NCBI GenBank assembly: GCA_963845565.1
Contig: CAWJSJ010000002.1
Coordinates: forward strand, 1,504,001-1,568,000
Direction: 5' to 3'
Source of the DNA: an uncultured Methylomirabilota bacterium
GTDB taxonomy: Bacteria; Methylomirabilota; Methylomirabilia; Methylomirabilales; 2-02-FULL-66-22
Length of the DNA: 64,000 nucleotides
Of this stretch, positions 40,766 through 51,168 are shown piece after piece (the first letter of the stretch is position 1; each line of letters begins with the position of its first letter). Below the pieces are notes generated by a model, which saw only the letters and a list, made by a program, of their open reading frames with translations, did not search any database and had not been told where the DNA came from. A program made the translations under genes and the position numbers.

Positions 40766-40907
40766 TCGCCGGGTATCTGCAATCGTTGGCATCATCGCAG
40801 AGTGATCGCTCGGCGGGAGGGGTGCAGTGGGCCGTACCGAGCGATGGCACTCTTCGCTATAGGACCGTCCTGCGCACAAGGCATCTGCGCGAGAAGGAGC
40901 GACGACC

Positions 40908-41987
40908 ATGAAATCCCCCCGGTTCGCCATCATCGGCGCCGGTAACGGCGGACAGAGCTTTGCGGGGCACCTCGGATTGCTCGGGTTCCCGGTCAGTCTG
41001 TGGGACGTGGAGAAGGAGAAGGTGGAGGCCCTCCAGCGCACCGGCCACATGGTGTTGTCCGGCGCCGTCGAGGGCAAGGTGAAGATCGACCGCATTACCG
41101 GTGACATCTGCGAGGCGGTCCGAGGCGCGGACGTCATCATGGTTGTCATCCCCACCGTGTATCAACGTTCGACCGCGGCGGCGATGGCGCCCGCCCTCAC
41201 CGACGGCCAGGTCATCGTCCTGAACCCCGGCGCCACGGGCGGGGCGCTGGAGGTCCGCAACACCCTGCGGGAGGCCGGCGTCAAGGCGTCGGTGGTCGTG
41301 GCCGAGACGGACACGCTCCTCTACGCCTGCCGAAGCCCCAAGGCAGGCGAAGCGATCATCTACGGGATCAAGGATCACCTGGATGTCGCCGCGCTCCCGG
41401 CGGCCGAAAGCTCGAAGGTGGCCGCCCTCCTGAACGTCGCGTTCCCGCAGTTCAAGCCGGTCGCGGGTGTCCTCTTCACCAGCCTGAACAACGCCAACGC
41501 GATGGTGCATCCCACGCCCACCCTGCTCAATGCGGGCCGGATCGAGTGTAAGTCGCCGTTCGAGTATTACTCGGAAGGCGTGACCCCCTCCATCGCCCGG
41601 GTGGTGGAGAAGCTGGATGGAGAGCGGCTGGCCATCGGGCGGGCCTTAGGGGTCGAGATTCCCTCTATCCATGAGTTCTACCGAATGAGCTACGGCGTGG
41701 ACGGGGCCAACCTGTACGAGCAGATCCAGAAGGTGCGGGCCTACGAAGGGATCAAGGGGCCGACGAACTTGAATACGCGCTATCTGTTCGAAGACATCCC
41801 GACGGGTCTCGTGCCACTCTCCTGCCTCGGGAAAGCCCTGGAAGTCAAGACGCCGACGATGGATGCGGTCGTGGAGCTGGGCAGCAGCCTCCTGGGGAGA
41901 GACCTCCGGGCCGAGGGCCGCACCCTGGAACGGCTGGGGTTGGCGGGAATGTCCGCGGATGAGATTCGACGGACCCTGATCGCTTGA
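40908..41987 (+). CDS. NAD/NADP-dependent octopine/nopaline (opine) dehydrogenase family protein
   Basis: Motifs IIGAGNGG, LNPGATGGALE, AETDTLLYACR, NANAMVHP..LLN.G and RYLFEDIPTGL. Confidence 0.9.
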   Translation: MKSPRFAIIGAGNGGQSFAGHLGLLGFPVSLWDVEKEKVEALQRTGHMVLSGAVEGKVKIDRITGDICEAVRGADVIMVVIPTVYQRSTAAAMAPALTDGQVIVLNPGATGGALEVRNTLREAGVKASVVVAETDTLLYACRSPKAGEAIIYGIKDHLDVAALPAAESSKVAALLNVAFPQFKPVAGVLFTSLNNANAMVHPTPTLLNAGRIECKSPFEYYSEGVTPSIARVVEKLDGERLAIGRALGVEIPSIHEFYRMSYGVDGANLYEQIQKVRAYEGIKGPTNLNTRYLFEDIPTGLVPLSCLGKALEVKTPTMDAVVELGSSLLGRDLRAEGRTLERLGLAGMSADEIRRTLIA

Positions 41988-42084
41988 GCGGTGTCGAGGA
42001 CGTTGACGCGCATGAGGGCCGGTCCGCCGTGCACGCGTCGACCGTGATCTGGACAAAAGAAAGCCGGTCCTGAAAGGAATCGCC

Positions 42085-43209
42085 ATGATTATCGGAGTGC
42101 CGAGAGAGATCAAGAACAACGAAAATCGCGTGGCTTTGACGCCTGCCGGTGCCGAGGCCCTCTGCGCTGCGGGCCACACGCTCTTCATCGAGAAAGGCGC
42201 AGGGATCGGAAGCGGCTTCGCAGACGAGACCTACACCGGATACGGAGCCGGGATCCTTTCCGACAAGCGAGAGCTGTTTGCTCGGGCGGAGATGATCATG
42301 AAGGTGAAGGAGCCGCTGCCCCCGGAGTACGACCTCTTCCACGAGGGTCAGGTGCTCTTCACGTACCTCCACCTCGCGCCGGAGCCGGAGCTGACGAAGG
42401 CGTTGATCGCCAAGAAGGTGACGGGGATCGCCTACGAGACTATCGAGGGGCCGAACCGCACCCTGCCCCTGCTCACACCCATGAGTGAGATCGCGGGACG
42501 CATGGCCACCCAGATCGGGGCGCACTTTCTGGAGAAGCACCAGGGCGGCAAGGGAGTCCTCCTGGGTGGGGTGCCGGGGGTGGCGGCGGCCAAGGTGGTC
42601 GTCATCGGCGGAGGGATCGTCGGGACGAATGCCGCCCGGGTGGCCCTGGGCATGGGGGCGCGCGTCACCATCATCGACAAATCCGGCGAGCGGCTGCGCC
42701 AGCTGGACGACCAATTCTCCGGGCAGATCGCCACCATCATGTCCAACCGTTACAACATCGCCTCCTGGACGCGGCGGGCGGACCTGGTCATCGGCGCCGT
42801 CCTGATTCCCGGGGCGCGGGCGCCCAAGTTGGTGACGGAGGACATGGTGAAAGTCATGGAGCCCGGCTCGGTTCTGGTGGATGTCGCCATCGACCAGGGG
42901 GGCTGCATCGAGACCATCGACCACATCACAACCCACAGCGAACCAACGTTCGTCAAGCACGGGGTGATTCATTACGCCGTGGCCAACATGCCCGGGGCCG
43001 TGGCCCGCACGTCCACCATCGCTCTGACGAACGTCACCATCGACTATGCCCTGGAGATCGCGAGCAAGGGGTGGCAATCTGCCGTGAGGCGCCATCCGGG
43101 GCTTGCCAAGGGGGTCAACGTCACCCAGGGGAAGGTCACCTACAAAGCAGTCGCCGACGCCATCGGACTCCCGTACACGCCCCTCGACGGGCTATTGCCT
43201 GCCGCCTAG
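42085..43209 (+). CDS. ald: Alanine dehydrogenase
   Basis: Motifs [46 protein letters not shown] and [10 protein letters not shown]. Confidence 0.97.
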   Translation: MIIGVPREIKNNENRVALTPAGAEALCAAGHTLFIEKGAGIGSGFADETYTGYGAGILSDKRELFARAEMIMKVKEPLPPEYDLFHEGQVLFTYLHLAPEPELTKALIAKKVTGIAYETIEGPNRTLPLLTPMSEIAGRMATQIGAHFLEKHQGGKGVLLGGVPGVAAAKVVVIGGGIVGTNAARVALGMGARVTIIDKSGERLRQLDDQFSGQIATIMSNRYNIASWTRRADLVIGAVLIPGARAPKLVTEDMVKVMEPGSVLVDVAIDQGGCIETIDHITTHSEPTFVKHGVIHYAVANMPGAVARTSTIALTNVTIDYALEIASKGWQSAVRRHPGLAKGVNVTQGKVTYKAVADAIGLPYTPLDGLLPAA

Positions 43210-43242
43210 GCGGATGCCCCACGCGGCATCGGCGCCACTCCT

Positions 43243-43289
43243 ACGCCGGCTCCCGGGTCCGCTACGGACCCGGGAGCCGGCGTCTTTCT
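43243..43289 (+). terminator. Intrinsic terminator after ald
   Basis: 19-bp perfect inverted repeat (43243-43261 / 43265-43283) followed by CTTTCT. Confidence 0.7.
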
Positions 43290-43485
43290 GCGCGCCGTGC
43301 ATCGGATGCTCCGCGGTAGCCTACCGCGTGTCCCGCCGCCCCGTTCACGGACCGTTCTAGCAGCTTTCCGCTTGACACCGATTCGCATCGCGGGCCAATC
43401 TGTTTGCCGGCCAGAAACGGCGGAGCGTGGGGTGTCCCCGCGCAGGGCGCGATCGAGAACGTTCGGACGGTTCCCCATCCAACTT

Positions 43486-46400
43486 ATGTCTCACAGCCGC
43501 GGTCTCGAAGGGTTTCATGATCCCGTGCGTGCCTGGTTCGGCGCGTCGTACGGCGCGCCGACGCGCGTGCAGGCGCTGGGCTGGCCCGCCATCCGCGCGG
43601 GCGGCGGGGCGCTGCTCCTGGCGCCCACCGGCTCGGGGAAGACGCTGGCGGCCTTCCTGGTCGCCATCGACCGGCTGATGTTCGAGCCGGCACCGGAACC
43701 GGCGGAGCGGTGCCGCGTCCTCTATGTCTCGCCCCTCAAGGCGCTGGCCGTGGACGTGGAGCGGAACCTGCGCGCCCCGTTGGTCGGCATCCTGCGCGCC
43801 GCGGAGCGGAGGGGGGCGGAGGGGACGGCTGCCGGTCCCATCCACGAGCCCACCGTGGCCATCCGCACCGGGGACACGCCGGCCCGCGAGCGCGCCGCCT
43901 TCGCCAGACGCCCCGCCGACATCCTGGTCACCACACCCGAGTCGCTGTATCTCGTGCTCACCAGCGCAGCCCGCGAGACCCTCCGATCGGTGCGGCAGGT
44001 GATCGTGGACGAGATCCACGCCCTGGTGGGCACGAAGCGCGGTGCGCATCTGGCGGTCTCGCTGGAGCGGCTGGAGGAGCTGGTCGGCGTGCCGCTCCAG
44101 CGGATCGGCCTGTCGGCGACCGTCCGGCCGGTGGAGGAAGCGGCCCGTTTTCTCGGCGGGTGCGACGATCAGGGCGCCCCGCGGCCGGTGACGGTGGTGG
44201 ACGCGGGGCACCGGAAGGCTCTCGATCTCACCGTGGCGGTCCCCGTCGACGACATGGCCAAGCTCGGCCGGTCGGACGAGATCCCGGACGGCCCGGCCGC
44301 AGGCGCCGAACGGGGAGGAAGCATCTGGCCGGCGATCCACCCGATGCTCCTCGAGCTCATCCGCGCCCACCGCTCCACGCTCCTCTTCGTCAACAGTCGG
44401 CGGCTGGCGGAGCGTCTCACGGCCGCCCTGAACGAGCTGGCGGGGGAGGAGCTGGTCCGGGCGCACCACGGCTCGATCGCCCGCGAGGCGCGCGCCCAAA
44501 TCGAGGACGACCTCAAGTCCGGCCGGCTGCCGGCGCTGGTGGCGACCTCGTCGCTGGAGCTGGGCATTGACATGGGGGCCATCGACCTCGTGGTCCAGGT
44601 CGAGTCGCCGCCCTCGGTCGGGAGTGCGCTTCAGCGGATCGGCCGGGCGGGGCATCAGGTGGACGCCGCCAGCAAGGGGGTAATCGTTCCGAAATACCGC
44701 GGCGATCTTCTGGCCGCCGCCGCGTTGACGGCCGAGATGCGCGCGGGAGCAGTGGAGAGCACCCGCTATCTCCGGAACCCCCTGGACGTGCTGGCGCAGC
44801 AGATCGTGGCCATGGCGGCCATCGAGGAGTGGGAGGTCGGGCGGCTCTATGGCGTCCTCCGGCGCTCGGCGCCCTTTGCGGAGCTTCCGCTGTCCGCCTT
44901 CGAGGGCACGCTGGACATGCTTTCCGGGCGCTTCGCGTCCGCGGCGTTCGGCGAGCACCGGCCGCGCCTGGTGTGGGATCGCCTCGACGGGATACTGCGG
45001 GCGCGCGAGGGGGCGCGGCGGGTCGCGGTGACGAGCGGCGGAACGATTCCCGACCGAGGGTTGTACGGCGTGTACCTTCTCGGCGCGGAGGGAACCCGGG
45101 GCCGGATCGGTGAGTTGGACGAGGAGATGGTCTTCGAGACCCGCGTCGGGGAGACGTTCCTGCTGGGGGCGAGCTCCTGGCGGGTCGAGGAGATCACGCA
45201 CGATCGGGTCGTGGTGAGCCCGGCCCCGGGCGTCCCCGGGAAGATGCCCTTCTGGCGGGGCGAGCGGGCAGGGCGCACACTGGAGTTCGGGCGAGCCATC
45301 GGGGCGCTCACCCGGAAGCTTCGGAGCCTTCCCGAGGACGAGGCCATCCGGCTGCTTCGCGAGAAGCACGATCTGGACGCCCGGGCGGCCGCGAACCTCC
45401 TCCGGTATCTCGGCGACCAGGCGGAGGCGACCGGGGCCGTTCCGGACGATCGCACGATCGTGGTGGAGCGGTATCTCGACGAGATGGGCGACTGGCGCGT
45501 GTGTCTCCTGAGCCCCTTCGGCGGAAAAGTCCATGCCCCGTGGGCGCTGGCGATCGGGGCGAAGCTGCGCCACGGGAGTGCGGACCAGCGCACGGCGGAT
45601 GTGCTCTGGACCGACGACGGGATCGTGGCGCGCGTCGCCGAGGCGGAGGAGCCGCCACCCATCGAGCTGGTCCTTCCCGACCCCGATGAGGTGGAGTCGT
45701 TGGTCACGCAGGAGTTGGGCGCGGGCGGTGAGCGGGCGTCGGGTCAGAACCCTCTCTTCGCGGCGCGCTTCCGGGAGGCCGCCGCCCGTGCGTTGCTCCT
45801 GCCGCGGCGAGCCCCGGGGCGGCGATCGCCCCTCTGGCAACAACGGAGGCGGGCGGCGGAGCTGCTCGCCGCCGCCTCGGCGTACCCCTCGTTCCCGATC
45901 TTGCTGGAAACCTACCGGGAGTGCCTGCAGGACGTCTTCGATCTGCCGGCGCTGGTCGAGGTGCTGCGGGATATCCGCGCGCGCGCCATCCGGGTGGTCA
46001 CCGCCGACACCCGTGCCCCCTCCCCCTTCGCCTCGGCGCTCCTCTTCAGCTATGTGGGGAATTTCATTTACGAGGGGGACGCCCCGCTGGCAGAACTGCG
46101 GGCGCAGGCGCTTACGGTGGATCCGGCGCGCCTGCGCGAACTGCTTGGACAGACGGATCTGCGGGAGCTGCTCGATCCGGACGCGGTCGCGGCGCTCGAG
46201 ACGCGGCTGCAGTGTCTGGACCCCGGCCGGCGGGCCCGACATGCGGATGCCGTCCACGACCTCCTCCTCCGGCTGGGGGATTTGACGCGGCGCGAGATCC
46301 GGGAGCGCTGCGATCCCGCCGAGGAGGCAGACGACTGGCTTGCCGTGCTGAGCCGGGACCGACGGATCGCCTCGGTCGCCGTTGCGGAAGAGCCCCGGTT

Positions 46401-47964
46401 CATCGCGGCGGAGGACGCCGGGCGCTATCGCGACGCCCTGGGCGTGCCCCCCGCCCCGGGGCTCCCACAGGCCTTTCTCGATCGCGTGGCGGACCCGCTG
46501 GGCGATCTCGTCGCTCGGTACGCCCGGACCCACGGCCCGTTCCGGGCGCACGACGTCGCCCGGCGTCTCGGGATCGGACCGGCCCCGGTCGAGTCCTCGC
46601 TCCGGACCCTGGCGAGGGGCGGCCGCGTCCTGGAGGGAGAGTTTCGCCCGGGTGGGTCAGGCCGGGAATTCTGCGATGCCGAGAATCTGCGTATCCTGCG
46701 GCAACGATCCCTCGCGAGATTGCGGCGTGAAGTGGAGCCGGTCGGGCCGGACGCGTATGGGCGCTTGGTGCTCGCCTGGCAGGGGGTGGCGCGGGCGACG
46801 ATTCCGTCGGGTGCAGAGGCGCTTCGGGTTGCGGTGGACGGTTTGCAAGGGGCCGCCATCCCGGCCTCTGCCCTGGACTCTCAGGTGCTTCCGGCGCGGG
46901 TGCCAGACTATCGGCCGGAGATGCTGGACGAGGCCACGTCGTCGGGTGCGGTGGTCTGGGTGGGGCGCGAGCCGCTCGGACCGCATGACGGCCGGGTGAG
47001 CCTCTATCGCGCGGATCGGGCCGGCCTGCTCCTCCCGCCGCGGGGCGGAGCCATCCCGGAGGGCCCGGTGCATGCGAAGATCCGGGAGCATCTCATGTCC
47101 CGTGGCGCATCCTTCTTTCCCCAGATCCAGGCCGCGACCGGGGGGTTCTTTCGCGAGACGCTGGCCGCGCTCTGGGATCTGGTCTGGGCGGGAGAGGTGA
47201 CGAACGACACGCTCCGCCCCGTCCGGGCGGTGGTGCACCCGCATGCTCCTGGCCGCGCGCGGATGGCGGACACCCCGCCGGAGGCGTCGGGCCGCTGGTC
47301 GCTGGTACGGAGCTATCTCACCCACGAGCCGTCCCCCGAAGAGCGACAGGCCGCGCTGGCACAGAGTCTCCTCGACCGCTACGGCATTCTCGTCCGAGAG
47401 GCGGTGCACGCCGAAGGGGTGCCAGGGGGCTGGGCCGCGCTCTATCCGGTTCTCCGTGCCATGGAGGAGGCGGGCAAGGTTCGTCGCGGCTACTTTGTGG
47501 AGGGGTTGGGGGCCGCCCAGTTCGCGATGGGCGGCGCTGTGGACCGACTGCGCGGGCTCCGAGAGCCCGGCGAGGAGCCGCGCACCTTTCTCCTGGCCGC
47601 GGCCGATCCCGCCAACCCCTACGGCGCGGCGTTACCTTGGCCGGAGCCGTCGGGTGGGCGGAAGCCGGCGCGAATGGCAGGAGCGGTTGTGGTCCTGGTG
47701 GACGGGTCGCTGGCGGCATGGATGGCGCGCGGCGAGCGGCAACTCCTCACGTTCGCGAATGCGGTGAAGGGCCGAGCTCCCGCCGATGTGCTCCCCGAGA
47801 TCGCCCGCGCCCTGGCCGCCTCGCTGGGCGCGCGAGGCCGCCGCGCGCTCCTGATCGGCGAGGTGGACGGAGTGCCGGCGGCCGAATCCGCCATGGCGGA
47901 GGCGCTCCGGCGCTCGGGTTTCGTGCCGACCAGCCGGGGCCTGCTGAAACGGTTCGGCGGTTGA
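43486..47964 (+). CDS. lhr: Lhr family ATP-dependent DEAD/H helicase (long form)
   Basis: Motifs APTGSGKT, SPLKAL, DEIH, GLSAT, HHGS, TSSLELGID and QRIGRAGH; C-terminal GEVTND and RRGYFVEG. Confidence 0.95.
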   Translation: MSHSRGLEGFHDPVRAWFGASYGAPTRVQALGWPAIRAGGGALLLAPTGSGKTLAAFLVAIDRLMFEPAPEPAERCRVLYVSPLKALAVDVERNLRAPLVGILRAAERRGAEGTAAGPIHEPTVAIRTGDTPARERAAFARRPADILVTTPESLYLVLTSAARETLRSVRQVIVDEIHALVGTKRGAHLAVSLERLEELVGVPLQRIGLSATVRPVEEAARFLGGCDDQGAPRPVTVVDAGHRKALDLTVAVPVDDMAKLGRSDEIPDGPAAGAERGGSIWPAIHPMLLELIRAHRSTLLFVNSRRLAERLTAALNELAGEELVRAHHGSIAREARAQIEDDLKSGRLPALVATSSLELGIDMGAIDLVVQVESPPSVGSALQRIGRAGHQVDAASKGVIVPKYRGDLLAAAALTAEMRAGAVESTRYLRNPLDVLAQQIVAMAAIEEWEVGRLYGVLRRSAPFAELPLSAFEGTLDMLSGRFASAAFGEHRPRLVWDRLDGILRAREGARRVAVTSGGTIPDRGLYGVYLLGAEGTRGRIGELDEEMVFETRVGETFLLGASSWRVEEITHDRVVVSPAPGVPGKMPFWRGERAGRTLEFGRAIGALTRKLRSLPEDEAIRLLREKHDLDARAAANLLRYLGDQAEATGAVPDDRTIVVERYLDEMGDWRVCLLSPFGGKVHAPWALAIGAKLRHGSADQRTADVLWTDDGIVARVAEAEEPPPIELVLPDPDEVESLVTQELGAGGERASGQNPLFAARFREAAARALLLPRRAPGRRSPLWQQRRRAAELLAAASAYPSFPILLETYRECLQDVFDLPALVEVLRDIRARAIRVVTADTRAPSPFASALLFSYVGNFIYEGDAPLAELRAQALTVDPARLRELLGQTDLRELLDPDAVAALETRLQCLDPGRRARHADAVHDLLLRLGDLTRREIRERCDPAEEADDWLAVLSRDRRIASVAVAEEPRFIAAEDAGRYRDALGVPPAPGLPQAFLDRVADPLGDLVARYARTHGPFRAHDVARRLGIGPAPVESSLRTLARGGRVLEGEFRPGGSGREFCDAENLRILRQRSLARLRREVEPVGPDAYGRLVLAWQGVARATIPSGAEALRVAVDGLQGAAIPASALDSQVLPARVPDYRPEMLDEATSSGAVVWVGREPLGPHDGRVSLYRADRAGLLLPPRGGAIPEGPVHAKIREHLMSRGASFFPQIQAATGGFFRETLAALWDLVWAGEVTNDTLRPVRAVVHPHAPGRARMADTPPEASGRWSLVRSYLTHEPSPEERQAALAQSLLDRYGILVREAVHAEGVPGGWAALYPVLRAMEEAGKVRRGYFVEGLGAAQFAMGGAVDRLRGLREPGEEPRTFLLAAADPANPYGAALPWPEPSGGRKPARMAGAVVVLVDGSLAAWMARGERQLLTFANAVKGRAPADVLPEIARALAASLGARGRRALLIGEVDGVPAAESAMAEALRRSGFVPTSRGLLKRFGG

Positions 47965-47973
47965 GGAGATCCG

Positions 47974-48177
47974 ATGCCGGAAGGGGACACGATCTATCGG
48001 ACCGCGATGGTCCTCCGGCGCGTCTTGCTGGGACACTGCCTCACGGGCTTCGAGACGACCGTCCGCCAGGTGGCGATGGTGAGCGCGCGGCAGCCGATGG
48101 TGGGGCGGGTCGTCCGGGAGGTCGCGCCGCGCGGGAAGCATCTTCTGATCGCTTTCCGCCCGACACCTCGGCGGTAG
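47974..48177 (+). pseudogene. Truncated Fpg/Nei family DNA glycosylase (N-terminal 67 aa only)
   Basis: MPEGDT catalytic N-terminus and RGKHLLIAF. No H2TH or zinc-finger part recognisable downstream in any frame. Confidence 0.8.
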
Positions 48178-48306
48178 GGATCCGGGCCCGAGTGGCGGCG
48201 AGCCCGGGTGGCGCGGACGTTCCGGAGTCGCTGACGCCACCGACCGGGGACGGCGATGCGCCCTGAGCGGCGGGACGATCCTGTCCCTCCGGATTGTTCG
48301 CGGAAG

Positions 48307-48404
48307 CGAACAATTTTCGCGCGAAGGCGAAAATGCGGTGGACGGGGGTACGCGGCAGGGTCTACGGTTCGTTGCACAAACGCGCTCAACGCAAAAGATT
48401 TTGC
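48307..48404. promoter_or_regulatory. Two related palindromes upstream of the RpiR regulator (putative operators)
   Basis: GCGAA-CAATT-TTCGC (48307-48321) and GCAAAA-GA-TTTTGC (48391-48404), the latter abutting the ATG. Confidence 0.45.
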
Positions 48405-49412
48405 ATGAAGAGTCCCAAGGGCCAATTCAGCGAGCGAATCAATCGGGCGTACCCGCGGTTGACGCAGGGGGATCGCCGGATCGCCGATCATCTCCTGCGC
48501 ACCTACCCGACGGGTCTGCTCGAAAACGCCTCCGCCATCGCCCAGACCCTGGGCTTGCACGTCTCGACGGTGACCCGCTTCTTCCCCAAGATCGGCTATG
48601 CGAGTATCCGGGAGGCCAATCAGGACGTCCGCGGCTCGCTGGATTTCCTCATGGCGTCGCCGATGGCGCGCGTGCGGGACCGTGGCCGATCGGTCACCCG
48701 GGACACGGCGCTCTTCCACGAGGTCGAGCGGCTGGATCTGAAGAACATCCAGGATACTTTTCGGGAGCTGTCGTACGCCGACGTCCGTCGGTTCATGCAG
48801 CTCGTGGTGGACCCGGCGCGCTCCGTGTACGTCTTCGGCGCCCGGAAGCATTTCAGCCTCTGCTTCTACACCTTCATCCAGCTCAACGGGGTGCGGGACA
48901 ACGTGTTCCTGGCGCCGACGGGCAATTTCTACGTGGCGGACCTCTTGGCGCGCGTGCGCGCCGGGGATGTGCTGTGGCTCTTCGATTTTCGCCGGTACCC
49001 CCGGTTGAGCATCAAGGTCGCAGAGTATTTCAAGAGCGTGGGCGGACAGGTGGTGCTGGTCACCGATTCGGCACTCGCCCCGTCGGCGCGCTTCGCCGAT
49101 GTGAAGTTCATCGCCGCCACGCGCGGGGCGTCGTCGTTCGATTCGTATGCGGCGGCCATCTCGCTGGTCAACGCGTTTCTGGCGGAGTACATCCGGCTGA
49201 CGCCCGCATCGGTTCGCGCGCGCTACGGACTCCAGGAGGCGCTCTTCCGGCACTTCGATGTCTTTACCTGGCACGAGAAGCTTCCAAACGGCTCGGGCCC
49301 GGGGACGGAACCGGGCCGGCCGGCTCTCAGGGGAAACGGACGTGGACCTGTTGCCGCCATCTCCGGCAGGCGGCGTCGGACGGGTCGAGGGGTGCTTTCC
49401 GCCGGGGGATAG
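48405..49412 (+). CDS. MurR/RpiR family transcriptional regulator (HTH + SIS)
   Basis: LT..DRRIA, STVTRF..KIGY, VYVFGAR, F.RYP and VTDS..AP. The C-terminal tail is low-complexity. Confidence 0.88.
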   Translation: MKSPKGQFSERINRAYPRLTQGDRRIADHLLRTYPTGLLENASAIAQTLGLHVSTVTRFFPKIGYASIREANQDVRGSLDFLMASPMARVRDRGRSVTRDTALFHEVERLDLKNIQDTFRELSYADVRRFMQLVVDPARSVYVFGARKHFSLCFYTFIQLNGVRDNVFLAPTGNFYVADLLARVRAGDVLWLFDFRRYPRLSIKVAEYFKSVGGQVVLVTDSALAPSARFADVKFIAATRGASSFDSYAAAISLVNAFLAEYIRLTPASVRARYGLQEALFRHFDVFTWHEKLPNGSGPGTEPGRPALRGNGRGPVAAISGRRRRTGRGVLSAGG

Positions 49413-49458
49413 CGGCCGGCCCGATTCGGCGAATCGGCGGTCGAAGAAAGGAGCGGTA

Positions 49459-50523
49459 ATGAAGACAGCGACTCGGTTTCTGGCTCTGACGGGTGTCGTG
49501 GTGCTGGCGGCGGTGCTGCTGGCCGCGTCGGCGGTCACGGCGGGCACCATCACTATCAAGTACTCGGACAGCGATCCGCCGGGCGGCGTCCGGACCAACT
49601 TCGTCAAGAACGTCTGGTTTCCAGAGATGGTGAAGCAGACCGGCGGCAAGATCGCGTTCCAGGATTACTGGGGTGGGGCCATGGTCACCGCGCCCGAGTC
49701 CCTGAAGGCGATCGGCGACAACGTGACCAACATGGGGTTCGTGTTCGCCGAGTTTTACTCGAAGCAGCTCCCCCTGCACCAGGGCTTCAAGCTCTTCCCG
49801 GTGGGCCCGGGGGGCTGGCAGGCCCAGCGCTGGTTCTACGACAAAGTCTACAGCGAGATCCCGGAGTTCAGCGCCGAGTTGAAAAAGTACAACCAGATGC
49901 CGCTCCTCGCCACGGCCGGACTGCCGGGCGCGTTTTGCAGCACCAAGCCGATCACCAAGGTGGACGACCTGAAGGGGCGGAAGTGGCGCGCTTCCAGCCG
50001 CTGGGTCCTGGCCTTCCTGAAGAACGCCGGGGCCACGCCGGTGTCGGTGCCGTGGGCGGATGTGTACATGGCCCTGCAGACCGGGACCATCGACGGAGTC
50101 CTCACGAACTACGACGGCGCGGCCATGACCAAGCTGGACGAGGCCGGCCCGAACATCCTGGTAGCCAAGGAGCTCTGGTGGGCCACGCCGTTCCTCCACC
50201 TGGTGAACCTGGACTTCTGGAAAGGCCTCCCCAAGGATGTGCAGGACGGCATCCTGAAGGCATCGGCGACCGCCTCGGAGCAGTTCGGCAAATCGTTCGA
50301 CGAGGCGTTCGACCAGATCGTCGCAGCGGAGAAGAAGGCCGGCCGCAAGGTGAACATCATGCCCGCGGATGAGCTCGCCAAGTGGGAGCAGGCGGCGGGC
50401 GCCCAGGAGCAGGCCAAGATCTGGGTGAAGGAGCTGCAGGACGGCGGCTACAAGAACGCTGATCAGATCCTGGCCAAGCTCACGGCTCTCCACAAGGAGG
50501 CCATGGCCAAGGACAAGAAGTAA
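49459..50523 (+). CDS. dctP: TRAP transporter substrate-binding protein
   Basis: Signal peptide, YWGGAM, DDLKGRKWR, GATPVSVPWADVYMALQTGTIDG. AAGGAG SD. Confidence 0.9.
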   Translation: MKTATRFLALTGVVVLAAVLLAASAVTAGTITIKYSDSDPPGGVRTNFVKNVWFPEMVKQTGGKIAFQDYWGGAMVTAPESLKAIGDNVTNMGFVFAEFYSKQLPLHQGFKLFPVGPGGWQAQRWFYDKVYSEIPEFSAELKKYNQMPLLATAGLPGAFCSTKPITKVDDLKGRKWRASSRWVLAFLKNAGATPVSVPWADVYMALQTGTIDGVLTNYDGAAMTKLDEAGPNILVAKELWWATPFLHLVNLDFWKGLPKDVQDGILKASATASEQFGKSFDEAFDQIVAAEKKAGRKVNIMPADELAKWEQAAGAQEQAKIWVKELQDGGYKNADQILAKLTALHKEAMAKDKK

Positions 50524-50538
50524 CTCTCGAGACGGCCG

Positions 50539-50570
50539 GGGCTCGGCCGGAGTCTACTCCGGCCGAGCCC
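50539..50570. terminator. Intergenic 14-bp hairpin after dctP (mRNA stabiliser or attenuator)
   Basis: GGGCTCGGCCGGAG-TCTA-CTCCGGCCGAGCCC. Confidence 0.55.
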
Positions 50571-50592
50571 GCGGGCGGTTGCGGGTGACGCG

Positions 50593-51090
50593 ATGCGGAC
50601 AGTGTTCCACAAGATCAACGAGGCACTCTCGGGCTTTTGCGGCTGGCTGATGCTGATCATGATGCTCCTCCTGGTGGTGGACATCGTGAGCCGGACCTTC
50701 CACCAGCCCATCTACGGGCTGGCCGAGGGGTCGGTCTTCGTGATGATGATCACCATCTATCTCGGAATGGCACGCTGCGAAGAGAACCGGGAGCACGTGC
50801 GGCTTGAGCTCCTCCTCGACAAGCTCCCCCCCCGCGTCCGCCGGCCGTTCGAGTCGGGGGTGTTCGCCGTCGAGCTCCTGACCATCCTGATCTTCTTCTA
50901 CGCGGTGGCGCTGGACTTCCTCAAGGCATACCAGACCAGTGAGTCGGTCCTGGGAGGGACCATGGAGTTCTACCTGTGGCCGATCAAGGCCTTCGCGGTG
51001 ATCGGCCTGGCCTTCTATCTGGCGGAGCTGGTCTTCAAGAACAGGCAGGGACTCCAGGGGCCCAGCAGGACGGACCAGGAAGTGTTCTGA
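50593..51090 (+). CDS. dctQ: TRAP transporter small permease
   Basis: Four TM segments, DIVSR..PI.G..E and HVRLELL. Confidence 0.88.
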   Translation: MRTVFHKINEALSGFCGWLMLIMMLLLVVDIVSRTFHQPIYGLAEGSVFVMMITIYLGMARCEENREHVRLELLLDKLPPRVRRPFESGVFAVELLTILIFFYAVALDFLKAYQTSESVLGGTMEFYLWPIKAFAVIGLAFYLAELVFKNRQGLQGPSRTDQEVF

Positions 51091-51168
51091 GCGGGGATTC
51101 GGCTCGGAAACGCTGCGCGCGTCGGGGACGGGTGCGGTGGGATTCGTAACGAGAACGACGAGGCGGAT

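Noticed and set aside
43357..46551. 1064-aa antisense ORF, and similar long shadow ORFs such as 7894-9915, 54012-56111 and 55817-57745
   Set aside because: They are antisense to well-supported genes, which is expected in high-GC DNA, and show no domain motifs.
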